Part shown: one piece after another, positions 7,655-17,725 of the stretch
Position numbering within the stretch: the first letter of the stretch is position 1
How the letters are laid out: each line of letters opens with the position of its first letter
Virus record (IMG/VR): IMGVR_UViG_3300045999_003247
Span: 1 to 62,477 of that record
Direction: 5' to 3' (one strand)
DNA from: a virus
Lineage: Duplodnaviria; Caudoviricetes
Length of the DNA: 62,477 nucleotides
The notes under the pieces: model-generated
The model's database searches: none
Told to the model about the DNA's origin: nothing
What the model saw: only the letters and a program-made list of their open reading frames with translations
Position numbers and translations under genes: made by a program

Positions 7655-7837
7655 TCATTCCACATGCCTCCACGTCTTACGCGCCACCACGGACTCAATG
7701 GCTCGTTTGCTGACCTCGAACTTCCGCGCCAGCACGCGATAGCTCAGATCCGGGTGAAGCTGGCGGATCAGGCGCACGTCGCTCTCGGTCAGCTTGGTGA
7801 AGTAATTCCGACGTCCCATTCTCTGGTGTACCTCCAC
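7655..7837 (-). CDS. Stand-alone HTH protein resembling the C-terminal domain of HNH endonucleases
   Basis: KLTESDVRLIR...LARKFEVS...I...RKTWRHV. Confidence 0.65.
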   Translation of the reverse strand: MEVHQRMGRRNYFTKLTESDVRLIRQLHPDLSYRVLARKFEVSKRAIESVVARKTWRHVE

Positions 7838-8199
7838 CCGTTGATCCCCTGCGCTTTGCTCAGACGTTTTTTAGCCCACAGTTCCATCAGAGGGCTTTTA
7901 GTAGATGCGTTTTCATCCACTTTCGCCCTCTCGATCCGTTCAATAAATGGGATCTTTTTCGTGACATCTTTGAATCCCCGCCGCCTGATCCAGCTCATAA
8001 CCGCATGTCGGCTAACCCCAAGCTCTGCCGCAATATCGTCGATGTCCAAGGTCTCCAGCATGCCCAGAAATTTCTCATCGCCGGGGTATTTCTTGTTGGC
8101 TGGCACAAACTTTTTAGTGCCCTTGCTCCGTTTTGAGGCCATGGCAACTTCCCAACTGATCGGGATCTTGGTCTCTTTCTTTCCTTCAACGTATCTCAT
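7789..8199 (-). CDS. HTH DNA-binding protein
   Basis: IDDIAAELGVSRHAVMSWIRR HTH; GAGGAGG SD; ATGA coupling. Confidence 0.65.
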   Translation of the reverse strand: MRYVEGKKETKIPISWEVAMASKRSKGTKKFVPANKKYPGDEKFLGMLETLDIDDIAAELGVSRHAVMSWIRRRGFKDVTKKIPFIERIERAKVDENASTKSPLMELWAKKRLSKAQGINGWRYTREWDVGITSPS

Positions 8200-8453
8200 C
8201 TCAGCACCTCCTCTTCCACAAACGCGTCGCGCGAGAAGTGGTCCCAGAGCACCTCCCACGCGTAGTTGGCCTTCATCTTTGTCTCGTGGTCCGCGCCGGC
8301 TTGAGCGGCATCCGCGATGGTTTCCTCGAAGAGTTCGCTGACAAGCGCTAGGGTGGCGGGACGTAGAGTACGTTGTCCGCACCAGATGCACGCGGGTTCT
8401 TGCACCGTGCTGATAGATAGGCACTCTTCGCAGATAGTCTTGTACGTTTCCAT
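8196..8453 (-). CDS. Zinc-ribbon hypothetical protein
   Basis: CEEC...CIWC. Confidence 0.6.
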   Translation of the reverse strand: METYKTICEECLSISTVQEPACIWCGQRTLRPATLALVSELFEETIADAAQAGADHETKMKANYAWEVLWDHFSRDAFVEEEVLR

Positions 8454-8477
8454 CTATTTCTCTCTTTCTGTTTGTGT

Positions 8478-8702
8478 TTACGAGAAAAGCAAGTGTAGCA
8501 GGATTACGATAGCAAACAACCCCCACAGACATACCACATAACCCGCAGCAGTTTCCCGCTTTTGCTCCTGCCGCTCGAAGTAGTCCCTGTAGTCTTCCGC
8601 GTCGGTGTAGCATTTGAAAGGACCGCGGACCGCGGACCGTGGTTCGATGTCACACTGTACTATTTTGTACCCAGCATCCCCAAGCACAATCCACCACATC
8701 AC
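8478..8702 (-). CDS. Hypothetical membrane protein
   Basis: C-terminal hydrophobic segment; GAGG SD. Confidence 0.55.
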   Translation of the reverse strand: MMWWIVLGDAGYKIVQCDIEPRSAVRGPFKCYTDAEDYRDYFERQEQKRETAAGYVVCLWGLFAIVILLHLLFS

Positions 8703-8703
8703 C

Positions 8704-8928
8704 TCACTCCTCTGATATGTGCTCTAAGATCTCATCTTCCAGTAGTATCTTCTGCGATTCATCTAGGACTTTCAACAGGTTTACAGATGATACCTTGCCG
8801 TCCTCGCGTTCCAGCTCGCACCGCACCTCGGTGATGTCGATCATGGGTTCGTCGAGTAACCCGTCGTCGATGACTTCATACGTTATGCTTACGTTTAGGT
8901 GTAGCTGTGTTAGATGCTTCTTCTTCAC
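8704..8928 (-). CDS. Hypothetical acidic protein
   Basis: GTG start after AGGAG. Confidence 0.55.
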   Translation of the reverse strand: MKKKHLTQLHLNVSITYEVIDDGLLDEPMIDITEVRCELEREDGKVSSVNLLKVLDESQKILLEDEILEHISEE

Positions 8929-9322
8929 GCTTTCTCCTGTTCTCTTCGATTCGAGCAAGCACTTCTGCTTCTTGTGTGGCTTTTTCCCAGAGCGCATCGA
9001 CTTGTTCGCGCACGATGGAGGCCATGGATTTGCCGTAGAATTTTTTCAATTCTTGTAGCTTTGCGCGCGTCTCGAAATGCACGATGACTGCTTGGAATTT
9101 GACGCCAGTGCGTTCAGACGGGGGCAGCCGCTTGTAGCGGTACGTCATCCGACGACCGGTTTTAGTGGTGATCTTGATCTTCGGATCTTCGACGCCGGAC
9201 TTTGCTAGGCGTCTTACGCCGAGGATTGGGTGCTTCTTACGAAATGTGGGGGCGTTGAGGTCAGCCCACTTGCGTCCCTTGGGTTTCGGCTTCTTTTCTG
9301 GAGTGTCATCGACATCAGACAT
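8876..9322 (-). CDS. Basic protein with a possible ribbon-helix-helix domain
   Basis: AGGAGG SD; AVIV..ETRAKL.EL....KSMASIVRE.V pattern. Confidence 0.55.
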   Translation of the reverse strand: MSDVDDTPEKKPKPKGRKWADLNAPTFRKKHPILGVRRLAKSGVEDPKIKITTKTGRRMTYRYKRLPPSERTGVKFQAVIVHFETRAKLQELKKFYGKSMASIVREQVDALWEKATQEAEVLARIEENRRKREEEASNTATPKRKHNV

Positions 9323-9374
9323 AGGTGGCCTCCTGATATTGTGCGTGAAGCATAATACCAGAGGGCCCCGGTGT

Positions 9375-11237
9375 TCAATGCGCGTCGCCCCAGCTCGTCC
9401 CGACTTCAACGTCTACGACGGACGGCACCTGCAGTTCCACTGCGTGGGCCATGATCCGTGCGGCGTGTTCCGCCTCTTCTTTGGATGAGACGGACAGCGC
9501 GATCTCGTCGTGCACCTGCAGCAGCAGGTGAAAGCCTGCTTCGTGAAGCGCGACCATTGCTGCCTTGGTCTGGTCGGCTGCGGAGCCTTGTATCAGCCTG
9601 TTCAGGCCCTTGTAGGTCATGGCGCGCTTGACCCGTGGTCCGTACTCGATGACGGCCTGCTCGTAGGGGAGCGCTTTGTTCACGCCCCATTGAACGGGCT
9701 CCCAGAGTGGGAACCGGCACTTTCGACCGAGTAGTGTGCGGATCGCGCCGCCGGAGGCGGGTTTTTCGATGCGTCGCATGACAGCGTCGATGGTGCCGCG
9801 CAAGAACGGGACGTTTGCGTGGAAGGTCGAGATAAGTTCGCCGGCATCTTCTATCGGCAGGTCCAGCGAGTGGGCGAGCTTTGCCTTGCCCATCCCGTAC
9901 ATCAGCCCGAGGCCGATGGTCTTTGCTTCTTTTCTACGGATGTTCGCCATGTCTGCGACCATCTGGTGGAAGTCGGTCTGCGGATTGTCTTTGTAGGCGC
10001 TGACCATTTTCTCGGCGCCGGGAAGTTCGAGCAGGCTGGCGTAATGGATGAGAAGTCTTGGTTCTTGGGCCGAGAAGTCATTCGCTGCCCACATCTGCCC
10101 TTCTTCGGGAAGGAACAGGGACCGCACCATTGGCCCGATGATTTCATGCCGTGCCGGCACCTGCTGCAGGTTCGGCGAGTTCATGGACAGGCGCCCGGTC
10201 ACCGTGCCGCCGTCCTCGGAGCGCATTTGATTGACGTGCGGGTGGATTCGCCCGTCTGCGGCGCTGTGGTCTAAGTAGGGCTGGAGGAACGTGCCGTGGG
10301 TCTTGTTGTATTCCCGAGATTCAAGGATCAGGTTGCCGATGGGGTGTTCTATTCCTTCTAGGAATGTCTTGGTGAAGCTCGGCTGGCCGTTCGCGGTTCG
10401 CGGGTAGTCGATCTTGAGCTTGTCGAAGGCTTTGGCGATGCTTGCCGCTGCCCAGATGTCCACGTGCTCCCCGGACAGGTTGCGGATTTTCAGCAGGTTT
10501 TCCTGCTCTTTCTCCTGCAGCGTCTTGATCACCGAGGCGCACTTTTCCCGGTCAAATCGGATGCCGCGGAAGGTCAGGTCGATCAGTATTGGCAGCAGCT
10601 TTGTCTCCAGCGCGAAGATGGACTCCAGCTCGTCGCGGCGGATGAGCGCGCGCAGGTGATGCCAGAGCTTCAACGTTAGCGCGGCATCCTGTTCTGCGTA
10701 GGGGCCGACGTGCATGGCCGGCAGCTTCCAGAGTCCCTTTTTAGGGTGTACGCCGAACTCTGCTGCCGCTTCTTTGAGGAGCTGCTCACTCTTGATCTCC
10801 TTCAGGTAATCAAAACCGAGCGAGTTGAGGGCGTAGCTAAAGCGGTTCTCGTCCAGCAGCGGCGCGGCGATCATGGTGTCGTAGATCGTGCCGTTGACCG
10901 TGAACCCTGTGGCTTTAAGCCAGCCCACGTCATATGCGGCGTTGTGGAAGATCTTGTCGGAGGGTAGTGCCAAAACCTTCTTGACCCAGCGCTCTACGAT
11001 GGCCTTGTCGAGGTTTCCGCCGCCTTGATGGGCTACGGGGAAGTATCCCTTCCAGCCGTCTACGGCGACTGCGTAGCCGACGATGAAGCCATCCTTGCGT
11101 GGCCAGCCGGGGCCGAGCGATTCAAGGTTCGGGTCGCAGGTTTCGAGGTCTATTGCGATTTCTGGGGCAGAAGACAGGTCTGGGAAAGACTCCGGTGGGG
11201 TCCACTCGGAGGAACTTGGGAAGAGCGGTAGTGTCAC
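9375..11237 (-). CDS. polA: Family A DNA polymerase with 3'-5' exonuclease domain
   Basis: Exo motifs DLET, FHNAAYD, YAEQD; TGRLS..PNLQ; motif A DFSAQEPR, motif B RKEAKTIGLGLMYG, motif C QVHDE. Confidence 0.97.
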   Translation of the reverse strand: MTLPLFPSSSEWTPPESFPDLSSAPEIAIDLETCDPNLESLGPGWPRKDGFIVGYAVAVDGWKGYFPVAHQGGGNLDKAIVERWVKKVLALPSDKIFHNAAYDVGWLKATGFTVNGTIYDTMIAAPLLDENRFSYALNSLGFDYLKEIKSEQLLKEAAAEFGVHPKKGLWKLPAMHVGPYAEQDAALTLKLWHHLRALIRRDELESIFALETKLLPILIDLTFRGIRFDREKCASVIKTLQEKEQENLLKIRNLSGEHVDIWAAASIAKAFDKLKIDYPRTANGQPSFTKTFLEGIEHPIGNLILESREYNKTHGTFLQPYLDHSAADGRIHPHVNQMRSEDGGTVTGRLSMNSPNLQQVPARHEIIGPMVRSLFLPEEGQMWAANDFSAQEPRLLIHYASLLELPGAEKMVSAYKDNPQTDFHQMVADMANIRRKEAKTIGLGLMYGMGKAKLAHSLDLPIEDAGELISTFHANVPFLRGTIDAVMRRIEKPASGGAIRTLLGRKCRFPLWEPVQWGVNKALPYEQAVIEYGPRVKRAMTYKGLNRLIQGSAADQTKAAMVALHEAGFHLLLQVHDEIALSVSSKEEAEHAARIMAHAVELQVPSVVDVEVGTSWGDAH

Positions 11238-12733
11238 AGTCGGAATCCTAGTTCGATTTGCTTCGGGTAGATGATGTGTAATGACTGCTTTGCGCGGGTC
11301 AGAGCAACGTATAGCAGACGGTTGACACCATCGGGGTTTTTGTCGTACTCGGAAACGAATTTTTTCGTAAGGTCTCCGACCAGCATCACGTGGTCGGCTT
11401 CACCGCCCTTCGCGCCGTGGATCGTGGAGAGCTGAATCGGCGCCTTGCCCGTGAGCCGCGTTCCGCGGCGCAGCAGCGCGATGATGTAGTTGCGCTTGTC
11501 GGCACCGATCTTTGTGAGCGCTTCGTGCCAGATGTCCGTGGTCAGAAGCCCGTGGTCCGTGACCAGTTTTTCGAGCGTATACATCTGCTCTGTACTGGCC
11601 GTTTTAAGGCCTTTGTAGCCGTGCTTTACGGCACCCTTGTCGAGGTACTGGTAGATCGTTTTGACGGTCTCAAAAGGCACTGCGTCGCCTTTGCGCAGGC
11701 GTTCCCAGCCGGTCACAGCGATGACCACTTTCTCGGGAATGGAGCGCTGTCCCTGCCGTTCAAACAGTAGCCCTTGCGAGCGCAGCCAGCCGTGCATGTC
11801 GGAGAGCATGTAATTCGCGGCGGCGAGGATCAGCCATTCGCCGCTTGCGACGTTTACGTCGTGGAAGTCTCCGTAATAGGTAATCGTCCCGCCCTCGACA
11901 CGCGGCTTCCAAACCTTGGGCTGCCTGCGTTTAATGCGCCGCACGACCCTGTCGGCGAGACTGTGTATGGCCGACGGGACGCGGTATGACTGGTCGAGCA
12001 CTTTTACGTTGCCGGCGAAGTTCAGGAAGGCTTCGACGTCTGCGCCGGCCCACGTGTAGAGCGCTTGGTCATCGTCGCCGGCCACGTAGCATTTCTGAGA
12101 CCGTTCCGCGAGCAGTAGCACCAGTGCCCACTGTAGTGGCGACAGATCCTGCGCTTCGTCGATGATCAGCGTCGTGAGCCGCGGTAAGCGATCCGGTTGC
12201 TCTACGATCTGTTCGAGCAGGTCGGTGAAGTCGAGCAGTCCTTTGTCGGTTTTGTAGTGCCGGTAGGCGCGTTCTATGTACTCGAAGTGGCGCCACTCGA
12301 TCTTTATCTCGGAGCGATTGTAGTGCGTGCGCAGGTCGAGGCCCTTGATGCGTGCGATGTTGATTTCGTTCAGCACAGGGTGTTCGGCCTTCACGGCGAA
12401 CTCCTCATCGAGGCCGATGTTCACCTCGATCCCGGCATGATCCGCGAACTCCTTAAAGTGCTCTGCGCTCATCATGTCCTTCGTGCCAACGCCGAGGCAT
12501 CGGAACGCAAGGCTGTGCAGTGTTCTGAACCACGGGAAGTCCGTATCCGGGTTCAGACTCGGGAACTTTGTGAAAGCCCTGTCGCGCGCTTCGTTGGCGG
12601 CTTTGCGGGTGAACGCGAAGTAGCCAATCCTCGTTGGGTGGACGCCCGCCTCCAGTTCGGCGTTGACGACGTTCAGCAGATACGTCGTCTTGCCGGATCC
12701 CGGGGGACCGAAGACCTTAGTCGTCGTGGTCAA
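11234..12733 (-). CDS. UvrD/Rep-like SF1 helicase
   Basis: GPPGSGKT, IDEAQD, GDDDQ, QSYR, STIHGAKGGE, YVALTRA. Confidence 0.93.
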   Translation of the reverse strand: MTTTTKVFGPPGSGKTTYLLNVVNAELEAGVHPTRIGYFAFTRKAANEARDRAFTKFPSLNPDTDFPWFRTLHSLAFRCLGVGTKDMMSAEHFKEFADHAGIEVNIGLDEEFAVKAEHPVLNEINIARIKGLDLRTHYNRSEIKIEWRHFEYIERAYRHYKTDKGLLDFTDLLEQIVEQPDRLPRLTTLIIDEAQDLSPLQWALVLLLAERSQKCYVAGDDDQALYTWAGADVEAFLNFAGNVKVLDQSYRVPSAIHSLADRVVRRIKRRQPKVWKPRVEGGTITYYGDFHDVNVASGEWLILAAANYMLSDMHGWLRSQGLLFERQGQRSIPEKVVIAVTGWERLRKGDAVPFETVKTIYQYLDKGAVKHGYKGLKTASTEQMYTLEKLVTDHGLLTTDIWHEALTKIGADKRNYIIALLRRGTRLTGKAPIQLSTIHGAKGGEADHVMLVGDLTKKFVSEYDKNPDGVNRLLYVALTRAKQSLHIIYPKQIELGFRL

Positions 12734-12941
12734 AGTACACCTCGTCGCCGATCCAGACGAGCAGCGGCCCTTTGATGGTCTCTATGTTTTGTGTCATGTG
12801 GTCGATGGCCGCGTCTTCTTCCATCCCGTCACGATTAATCAGGATGCTTTGTATCTTGTAGGCGTCATAGACCATGCAGATATCGTCGTTGACCAATGAG
12901 ACTCCGAGAATGGCTTCATCAAACCCGTCTATCTTTTTCAA
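12717..12941 (-). CDS. Conserved small phage protein
   Basis: DGFDEAILG...VYD motif; overlaps both neighbours. Confidence 0.6.
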   Translation of the reverse strand: MKKIDGFDEAILGVSLVNDDICMVYDAYKIQSILINRDGMEEDAAIDHMTQNIETIKGPLLVWIGDEVYFDHDD

Positions 12942-14470
12942 AATGGTGTGTCCCGTAGTTGCTCGCGTGTGGTGAAGGGGGCGCTCTGTTTCTCAAAAGC
13001 CGGCATTCGCCAGCACCGCACCGCCCTGCCCTTCAGAAACAGACTCAGCGGTTCGCCTCCCATGTCCCGAAGGCGCTGTGCCATGCGCGGGGCGCTAAGA
13101 CTTTTGAAGTTGTTGCGCGTTAGGTGCGCTTCCAAGTCCTTGATCCGGAAGTAAACCTTTGCTTCGACTTCATCCACCCATGGGCGGCCCATCAGGATCT
13201 CGTCGCGGTCCATGGCGTTTTGTCGGTGCGCCGCAAATTCTTCCAGCAGGTCGGCGAAGCGACCGGTGACGCTGGTGTCTTCTGACGCTTCGACAATCTG
13301 CTCGGTCTCCACCATCTCCCGGAGGAGGGCGTTCAGCGTCTGTTCCCAGTCCTGCTTACGCAGTGTCGGGGGCAGCACGTTGATTTTGTCGATGCAGGCT
13401 TTCTGGAACGCCGACTGGTTGTAGAGGCTCTCTGTGTCCAGCTCGATACGTTTGTTGTTGATATCCAGAAACCACAACGGCGGTTCGGAGTTGTACTTAG
13501 ACAGGCTGGAGAGCTGCGGAGCGTCAGGCGCATCTCCCCCGATGCCGAACTTCCGCGTGCGGCAGAGTCCAGCGTTGCAGAACGCGTTGATCGGGGCGTC
13601 CTTGCACTTGTACTTGTAGTCCTTCTTACTGAGCTGCTTGATGATGACCTGCAGCTCGCTGTTCGGCAGCGGAGGGGCCACGTACTTGTAGTTGTACTCC
13701 ACCAGCGCGTCTTCCCAGCCACCCGGTTGTGCGCGCTTCAGGTAGATCCCGAGGTTGAACAGGGCGTTGTTTCGCGTCCCTTCTGGCACGCCTTGCGCGC
13801 AGATGGCCTGAAGGCATGGAGGGCCGTCCTTGACGGGGCTGTCGGCCTTCTTAGGCTCCTCTGGCGGCTCCATGGCCGCCTCGTCAGCGTAGGCATAGGT
13901 GTCGTAGAGGGTGTAGAACTCTTCGAGCGTAGCTGCCGCGCCATCGTCTCTAATCGCATAGCGCATCGACTCGTCGCCGCCGAAGTACGGCAGATTCAAG
14001 AAGTTACCGGTGTCGCCGCGCTCGACAAGGATCTCAGCCTGCTTCGGGAAGATTTCGCGACCGGCCTCGCCGAGCACTGCGGCGCAAGCCTTCAGGTAAC
14101 GCTGCATGTGTGCCGCGGCCACCGGTTCGCGGCTAAAGGCAAATACGTGGGCACCGCCAGACTTGCTGCGGCAGACAACCAGCGGCAGTTCCAGCTTCCT
14201 GATCTTCTGGATCAGCCCGAGATGGTCGAGCGGGTACTGGTCGATGTCTATGCAGCCCCACGTGCAGCTATTGTCGGCACGTATGGGGATGATCCCAAGG
14301 CTCGGGTCCACGCCCTGTAGGTGCTTCTCCCAGAGGTCGTCGGTTGGCGGCTTGCGGATGACGAACGCCTTCCCAGCCTGCTTGCCGCTCGCCTTGCTGC
14401 CGTCGATCTTGTACGTGCCGTAGGCAACGTCGAGGCCGCGGAAGATTTCTTTGAATCGTGTGATGTCCAT
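12938..14470 (-). CDS. AEP-type primase with PriCT domain
   Basis: CIDID, RSKSGGAH, EIFPKQ, GNFLNLPY; PPCL...EGTRNNALF. Confidence 0.85.
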   Translation of the reverse strand: MDITRFKEIFRGLDVAYGTYKIDGSKASGKQAGKAFVIRKPPTDDLWEKHLQGVDPSLGIIPIRADNSCTWGCIDIDQYPLDHLGLIQKIRKLELPLVVCRSKSGGAHVFAFSREPVAAAHMQRYLKACAAVLGEAGREIFPKQAEILVERGDTGNFLNLPYFGGDESMRYAIRDDGAAATLEEFYTLYDTYAYADEAAMEPPEEPKKADSPVKDGPPCLQAICAQGVPEGTRNNALFNLGIYLKRAQPGGWEDALVEYNYKYVAPPLPNSELQVIIKQLSKKDYKYKCKDAPINAFCNAGLCRTRKFGIGGDAPDAPQLSSLSKYNSEPPLWFLDINNKRIELDTESLYNQSAFQKACIDKINVLPPTLRKQDWEQTLNALLREMVETEQIVEASEDTSVTGRFADLLEEFAAHRQNAMDRDEILMGRPWVDEVEAKVYFRIKDLEAHLTRNNFKSLSAPRMAQRLRDMGGEPLSLFLKGRAVRCWRMPAFEKQSAPFTTREQLRDTPF

Positions 14471-14528
14471 TTCTCTTCTTTCTTATCAGAAAGAAGCGGG
14501 GGAGACCCTAGACCTCCCCCGCCCCATC

Positions 14529-15290
14529 TTAGAAGAACGAGCCGCCAGACCCTTCCGAAGCGTCTTCGTGCTTCACCTTCACGTCGCCCGCACCTACGGA
14601 GAGGGCGAAAGCCTTGCACATCGAGTAGACATCGCCGCTCTCAACAGAGCCGATGCGCTCGATCTCCCAGCCAAACCACTTACCCTTGTCGTTGGACTCA
14701 GCAACCGTCGTCAGCCGGTAAATCTGCGAGTACATCGGAGGGGTAAAAAGCCCATTCTTACCGCGCAGCTTGACGCTGTGCATCATCGAGTTCCACTTGC
14801 GGCTTTTCTTGAGCTGCGTGGACTTCATGACGATCAGCGCGGGGAACGGCGCATCGTCAGACATGACCATCACGTAGTGATTGGCCGTGTTCTCGATGTA
14901 GTTGCCGTTATCCAGATAGTCCTTGTTGTCACCCTGATCGCGGTTCGTGCGGCTCAGGATGTCGGACGTTGCCGGGTAGATATGGACCGGTGCACCACTG
15001 CCCGTGCCACGGGGCTGCCATTCGATGTACTGGCGCACGTAGGCGCAGGGCACCACGGTGATACCTTTCTTGCCATCGAACAGTTCGCCGGTGACGCTGT
15101 TGTAGATCATGCCGGGCAGTGCGCCCTCTACGTCACCAACCTCGGGGCTGGTGTTAGTCAGCAGGCGCAGGAACGGTAGGGCAAAGTCATCTTGCGACAT
15201 GCCGTCGAAGCCAGCGCTTGCGTCGTCCTCGAATGACGTGGACAGGACCAGTGCGTTTTCGTTCTTCTTTGCGAGTGCGTTCTCAGCCAT
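14529..15290 (-). CDS. Putative single-stranded DNA-binding protein
   Basis: Position in the replication module; acidic C-terminus ending in FF. Confidence 0.55.
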   Translation of the reverse strand: MAENALAKKNENALVLSTSFEDDASAGFDGMSQDDFALPFLRLLTNTSPEVGDVEGALPGMIYNSVTGELFDGKKGITVVPCAYVRQYIEWQPRGTGSGAPVHIYPATSDILSRTNRDQGDNKDYLDNGNYIENTANHYVMVMSDDAPFPALIVMKSTQLKKSRKWNSMMHSVKLRGKNGLFTPPMYSQIYRLTTVAESNDKGKWFGWEIERIGSVESGDVYSMCKAFALSVGAGDVKVKHEDASEGSGGSFF

Positions 15291-15300
15291 TTTTCGTTCC

Positions 15301-15855
15301 TCAAAGTGTCTTGATTACGGCTTTCTTCCCGATGAAGGCGCCGAAGAGTTCCGTTGGGAACTCATCGCCACGTTCCACCCGTTCCCTGACCCAAGCCTTG
15401 AGGGTCGAGGGCTCGACTTTTTCCGCTTGCTCAGAGCGGAAACCTTGCGTAGCCAGCACGGCGAGTAGCCGGTCGCACAGTTCTGCTTCGCCGCGCCCGA
15501 AGCGGACGCTGACGGTGTTCTTAATAATGTCATCGAAGCCATGGTCCCTGAGCCATTGGAAGGCTTCCGCGCGCCGTGCTTCGCTGATCGAGGCGCCGTA
15601 GAACGGCTTGATGTCGATGCTGCTGCCGTCTTCCATCTTGAAGCTGGACATACCCATCTCGGCCAGCGCTTCGGGGATGGTCTCCTCTGTCAGCTTGCGG
15701 TAGCGCTCCTTCGCGCCTTTGAGCGTTGTTTCGTGTTCCTCGATCTCTTTTTCGAGGGACTTGGCACGCTTCGCGAGTGCGGACACGCCGGTCAGTTGGT
15801 CGTCCTGCACACGCAGGGCTTCTGATTCTTGCTCGAATAGATTAGTCAAGCTCAT
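15301..15855 (-). CDS. Conserved phage replication-module protein
   Basis: Coiled coil, then IPEAL.EMG and AFQWLRDHG..DIIK; AAGGAG SD. Confidence 0.7.
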   Translation of the reverse strand: MSLTNLFEQESEALRVQDDQLTGVSALAKRAKSLEKEIEEHETTLKGAKERYRKLTEETIPEALAEMGMSSFKMEDGSSIDIKPFYGASISEARRAEAFQWLRDHGFDDIIKNTVSVRFGRGEAELCDRLLAVLATQGFRSEQAEKVEPSTLKAWVRERVERGDEFPTELFGAFIGKKAVIKTL

Positions 15856-16177
15856 AGCTGTCTCCTTTCTTAAACAGATCAATCTCTAGCGGCAGGTACC
15901 GCCGCTCGCGTTTATCCCACTTCAGAACACGAAATCGCCCTGCGTTCTTTGCAGCGGCTACTGCACAGCATATACCTATCGCACAAGGGTCGCCAATAAG
16001 CAACAAGAAGTCCTCATCGGTAAACTTCTCCAGCTTACGCTTAACCCTGCGCACAGTAGGGTCTACGCTAAAGCTCACCTGAGCGTTAGGTGGCAGAATC
16101 GTCTCGATCCTACCAAAGTCCAAAGCACTTGCAATGTTATGTTGCATTGTTTCGGACACAACATATACCGTTGGCAC
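15842..16177 (-). CDS. Conserved hypothetical phage protein
   Basis: GTG after AAGGAG; DFLLLIGDP and LKWD...Y motifs. Confidence 0.65.
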   Translation of the reverse strand: MPTVYVVSETMQHNIASALDFGRIETILPPNAQVSFSVDPTVRRVKRKLEKFTDEDFLLLIGDPCAIGICCAVAAAKNAGRFRVLKWDKRERRYLPLEIDLFKKGDSYELD

Positions 16178-16273
16178 AAAATTCTCCTTTCTCAAACGAG
16201 GGACAGAGCGTAGACTGTGTCACGGGCGCATTGCAAGCCCTACCAAAAAAGAAAGTTAGATCGGAGAGACATC

Positions 16274-17725
16274 ATGGACATGTGGCTAGAGCGATATCCG
16301 TTTAAGAACAAGCCTTATGCGCATCAAGCGTCGTATCTGGCGCGCTTTTGGAAGAGCCCTGTTGCGGCGCTGTTTGCCGACATGGGAACCGGCAAAAGTT
16401 TTATGTTAATCAACAACATATCTATGCTGTACGACAGGGGAGCCATTAACGCTGCGTTGATTGTCGCCCCGAAAGGTGTGTACCGCAACTGGGTAAACAC
16501 AGAGATTCCTAAGCATATCCCCGACCACGTCGTGTACCGGCTGGCTGCGTGGTCCCCGAGCCCTAAGAAGGCGGAAGTCGCAGCGCTGGACTCGCTGTTC
16601 GAGGTGTCAGAAGACCTGAAGATACTGGTGATGAACATCGAGGCGTTCAGCACGCAGCGCGGTGCGTCGTTCGCGCAGCGGTTTCTGATTAACCACAGCG
16701 CCATGATGGCGATTGATGAGTCCACGACCATCAAGACGCCGGGTAGCAAGCGGAGCAAGAACACGGAGAAGGTGGGCACGCATGCGCGTTATCGGCGGAT
16801 CATGACCGGATCTCCGGTCACCAAGAGCCCGTTAGACTTGTACCAGCAGTGTGCGTTTCTGTCGGAGGACTGTCTGAAGACGCCGTCTTATTACAGCTTC
16901 CAAGCGCGGTACGCGGTCACCGTAGAACGGCGCCTGCCCAGCCACACCTTCAAACAGGTCGTAGGCTACCAGCGACTAGATGAGTTAAAAGGTCTACTTG
17001 ATGATTTCAGCTTCAGGGTTAAAAAAGAAGAATGTCTTGATCTGCCAGACAAAGTATACGTGAAGCGAGAGGTAGACCTGACAGATGAGCAGATAAAAGC
17101 ATATAACCAAATGAAGGACATGGCGCTGGCTCTGTTTGACGAGGGGATGATGACCACGGTCAACGCCCTAACGCAGCTCATGCGCCTGCATCAGATCGCC
17201 TGCGGACACGTGAAACTGGACGACGGCACCGTGTTGGAACTGCCGAACCGGCGCGTCGATGAACTCCTGTCCGTGGTCGAAGAGACTGACGGCAAGATCA
17301 TCATCTGGGCGACTTACCGGCACGACATCGAAGCCATCAAACTGGCGCTGCAGAAAGCATACGGCATGGAGAGCGTCGGCACGTACTACGGAGAGACTGA
17401 CTCCGACGAGCGGCAGCGGGTGGTGGAAGAGTTCCAAGACCCGGACAGCGCGCTCCGGTTCTTTGTCGGCAACCCCAGCACCGGTGGTTACGGGTTAACC
17501 CTTACGGCAGCGTCAGTGGTCATCTACTACAGCAACTCCTTCGACCTTGAGAAGCGGCTGCAGTCCGAGGACCGCGCACATCGGATCGGGCAGACCAAGA
17601 ACGTCACTTACGTGGATCTCATCGCGGTCAACACCGTAGACGAGAAGATCGTCAAAGCGCTTCGTGACAAAATAAACATTGCAACGCAGGTGCTTGGAGA
17701 GGAAGTAAAGCAATGGTTGATCTGA
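16274..17725 (+). CDS. SNF2-family (SF2) helicase
   Basis: DMGTGKS, IDES, MTGSP, GGYGLTL, QSEDRAHRIGQ. Confidence 0.93.
   Translation: MDMWLERYPFKNKPYAHQASYLARFWKSPVAALFADMGTGKSFMLINNISMLYDRGAINAALIVAPKGVYRNWVNTEIPKHIPDHVVYRLAAWSPSPKKAEVAALDSLFEVSEDLKILVMNIEAFSTQRGASFAQRFLINHSAMMAIDESTTIKTPGSKRSKNTEKVGTHARYRRIMTGSPVTKSPLDLYQQCAFLSEDCLKTPSYYSFQARYAVTVERRLPSHTFKQVVGYQRLDELKGLLDDFSFRVKKEECLDLPDKVYVKREVDLTDEQIKAYNQMKDMALALFDEGMMTTVNALTQLMRLHQIACGHVKLDDGTVLELPNRRVDELLSVVEETDGKIIIWATYRHDIEAIKLALQKAYGMESVGTYYGETDSDERQRVVEEFQDPDSALRFFVGNPSTGGYGLTLTAASVVIYYSNSFDLEKRLQSEDRAHRIGQTKNVTYVDLIAVNTVDEKIVKALRDKINIATQVLGEEVKQWLI

Noticed and set aside
7655-7837. HNH homing endonuclease
   Set aside because: Only the HTH-like C-terminal part is present; no HNH motif
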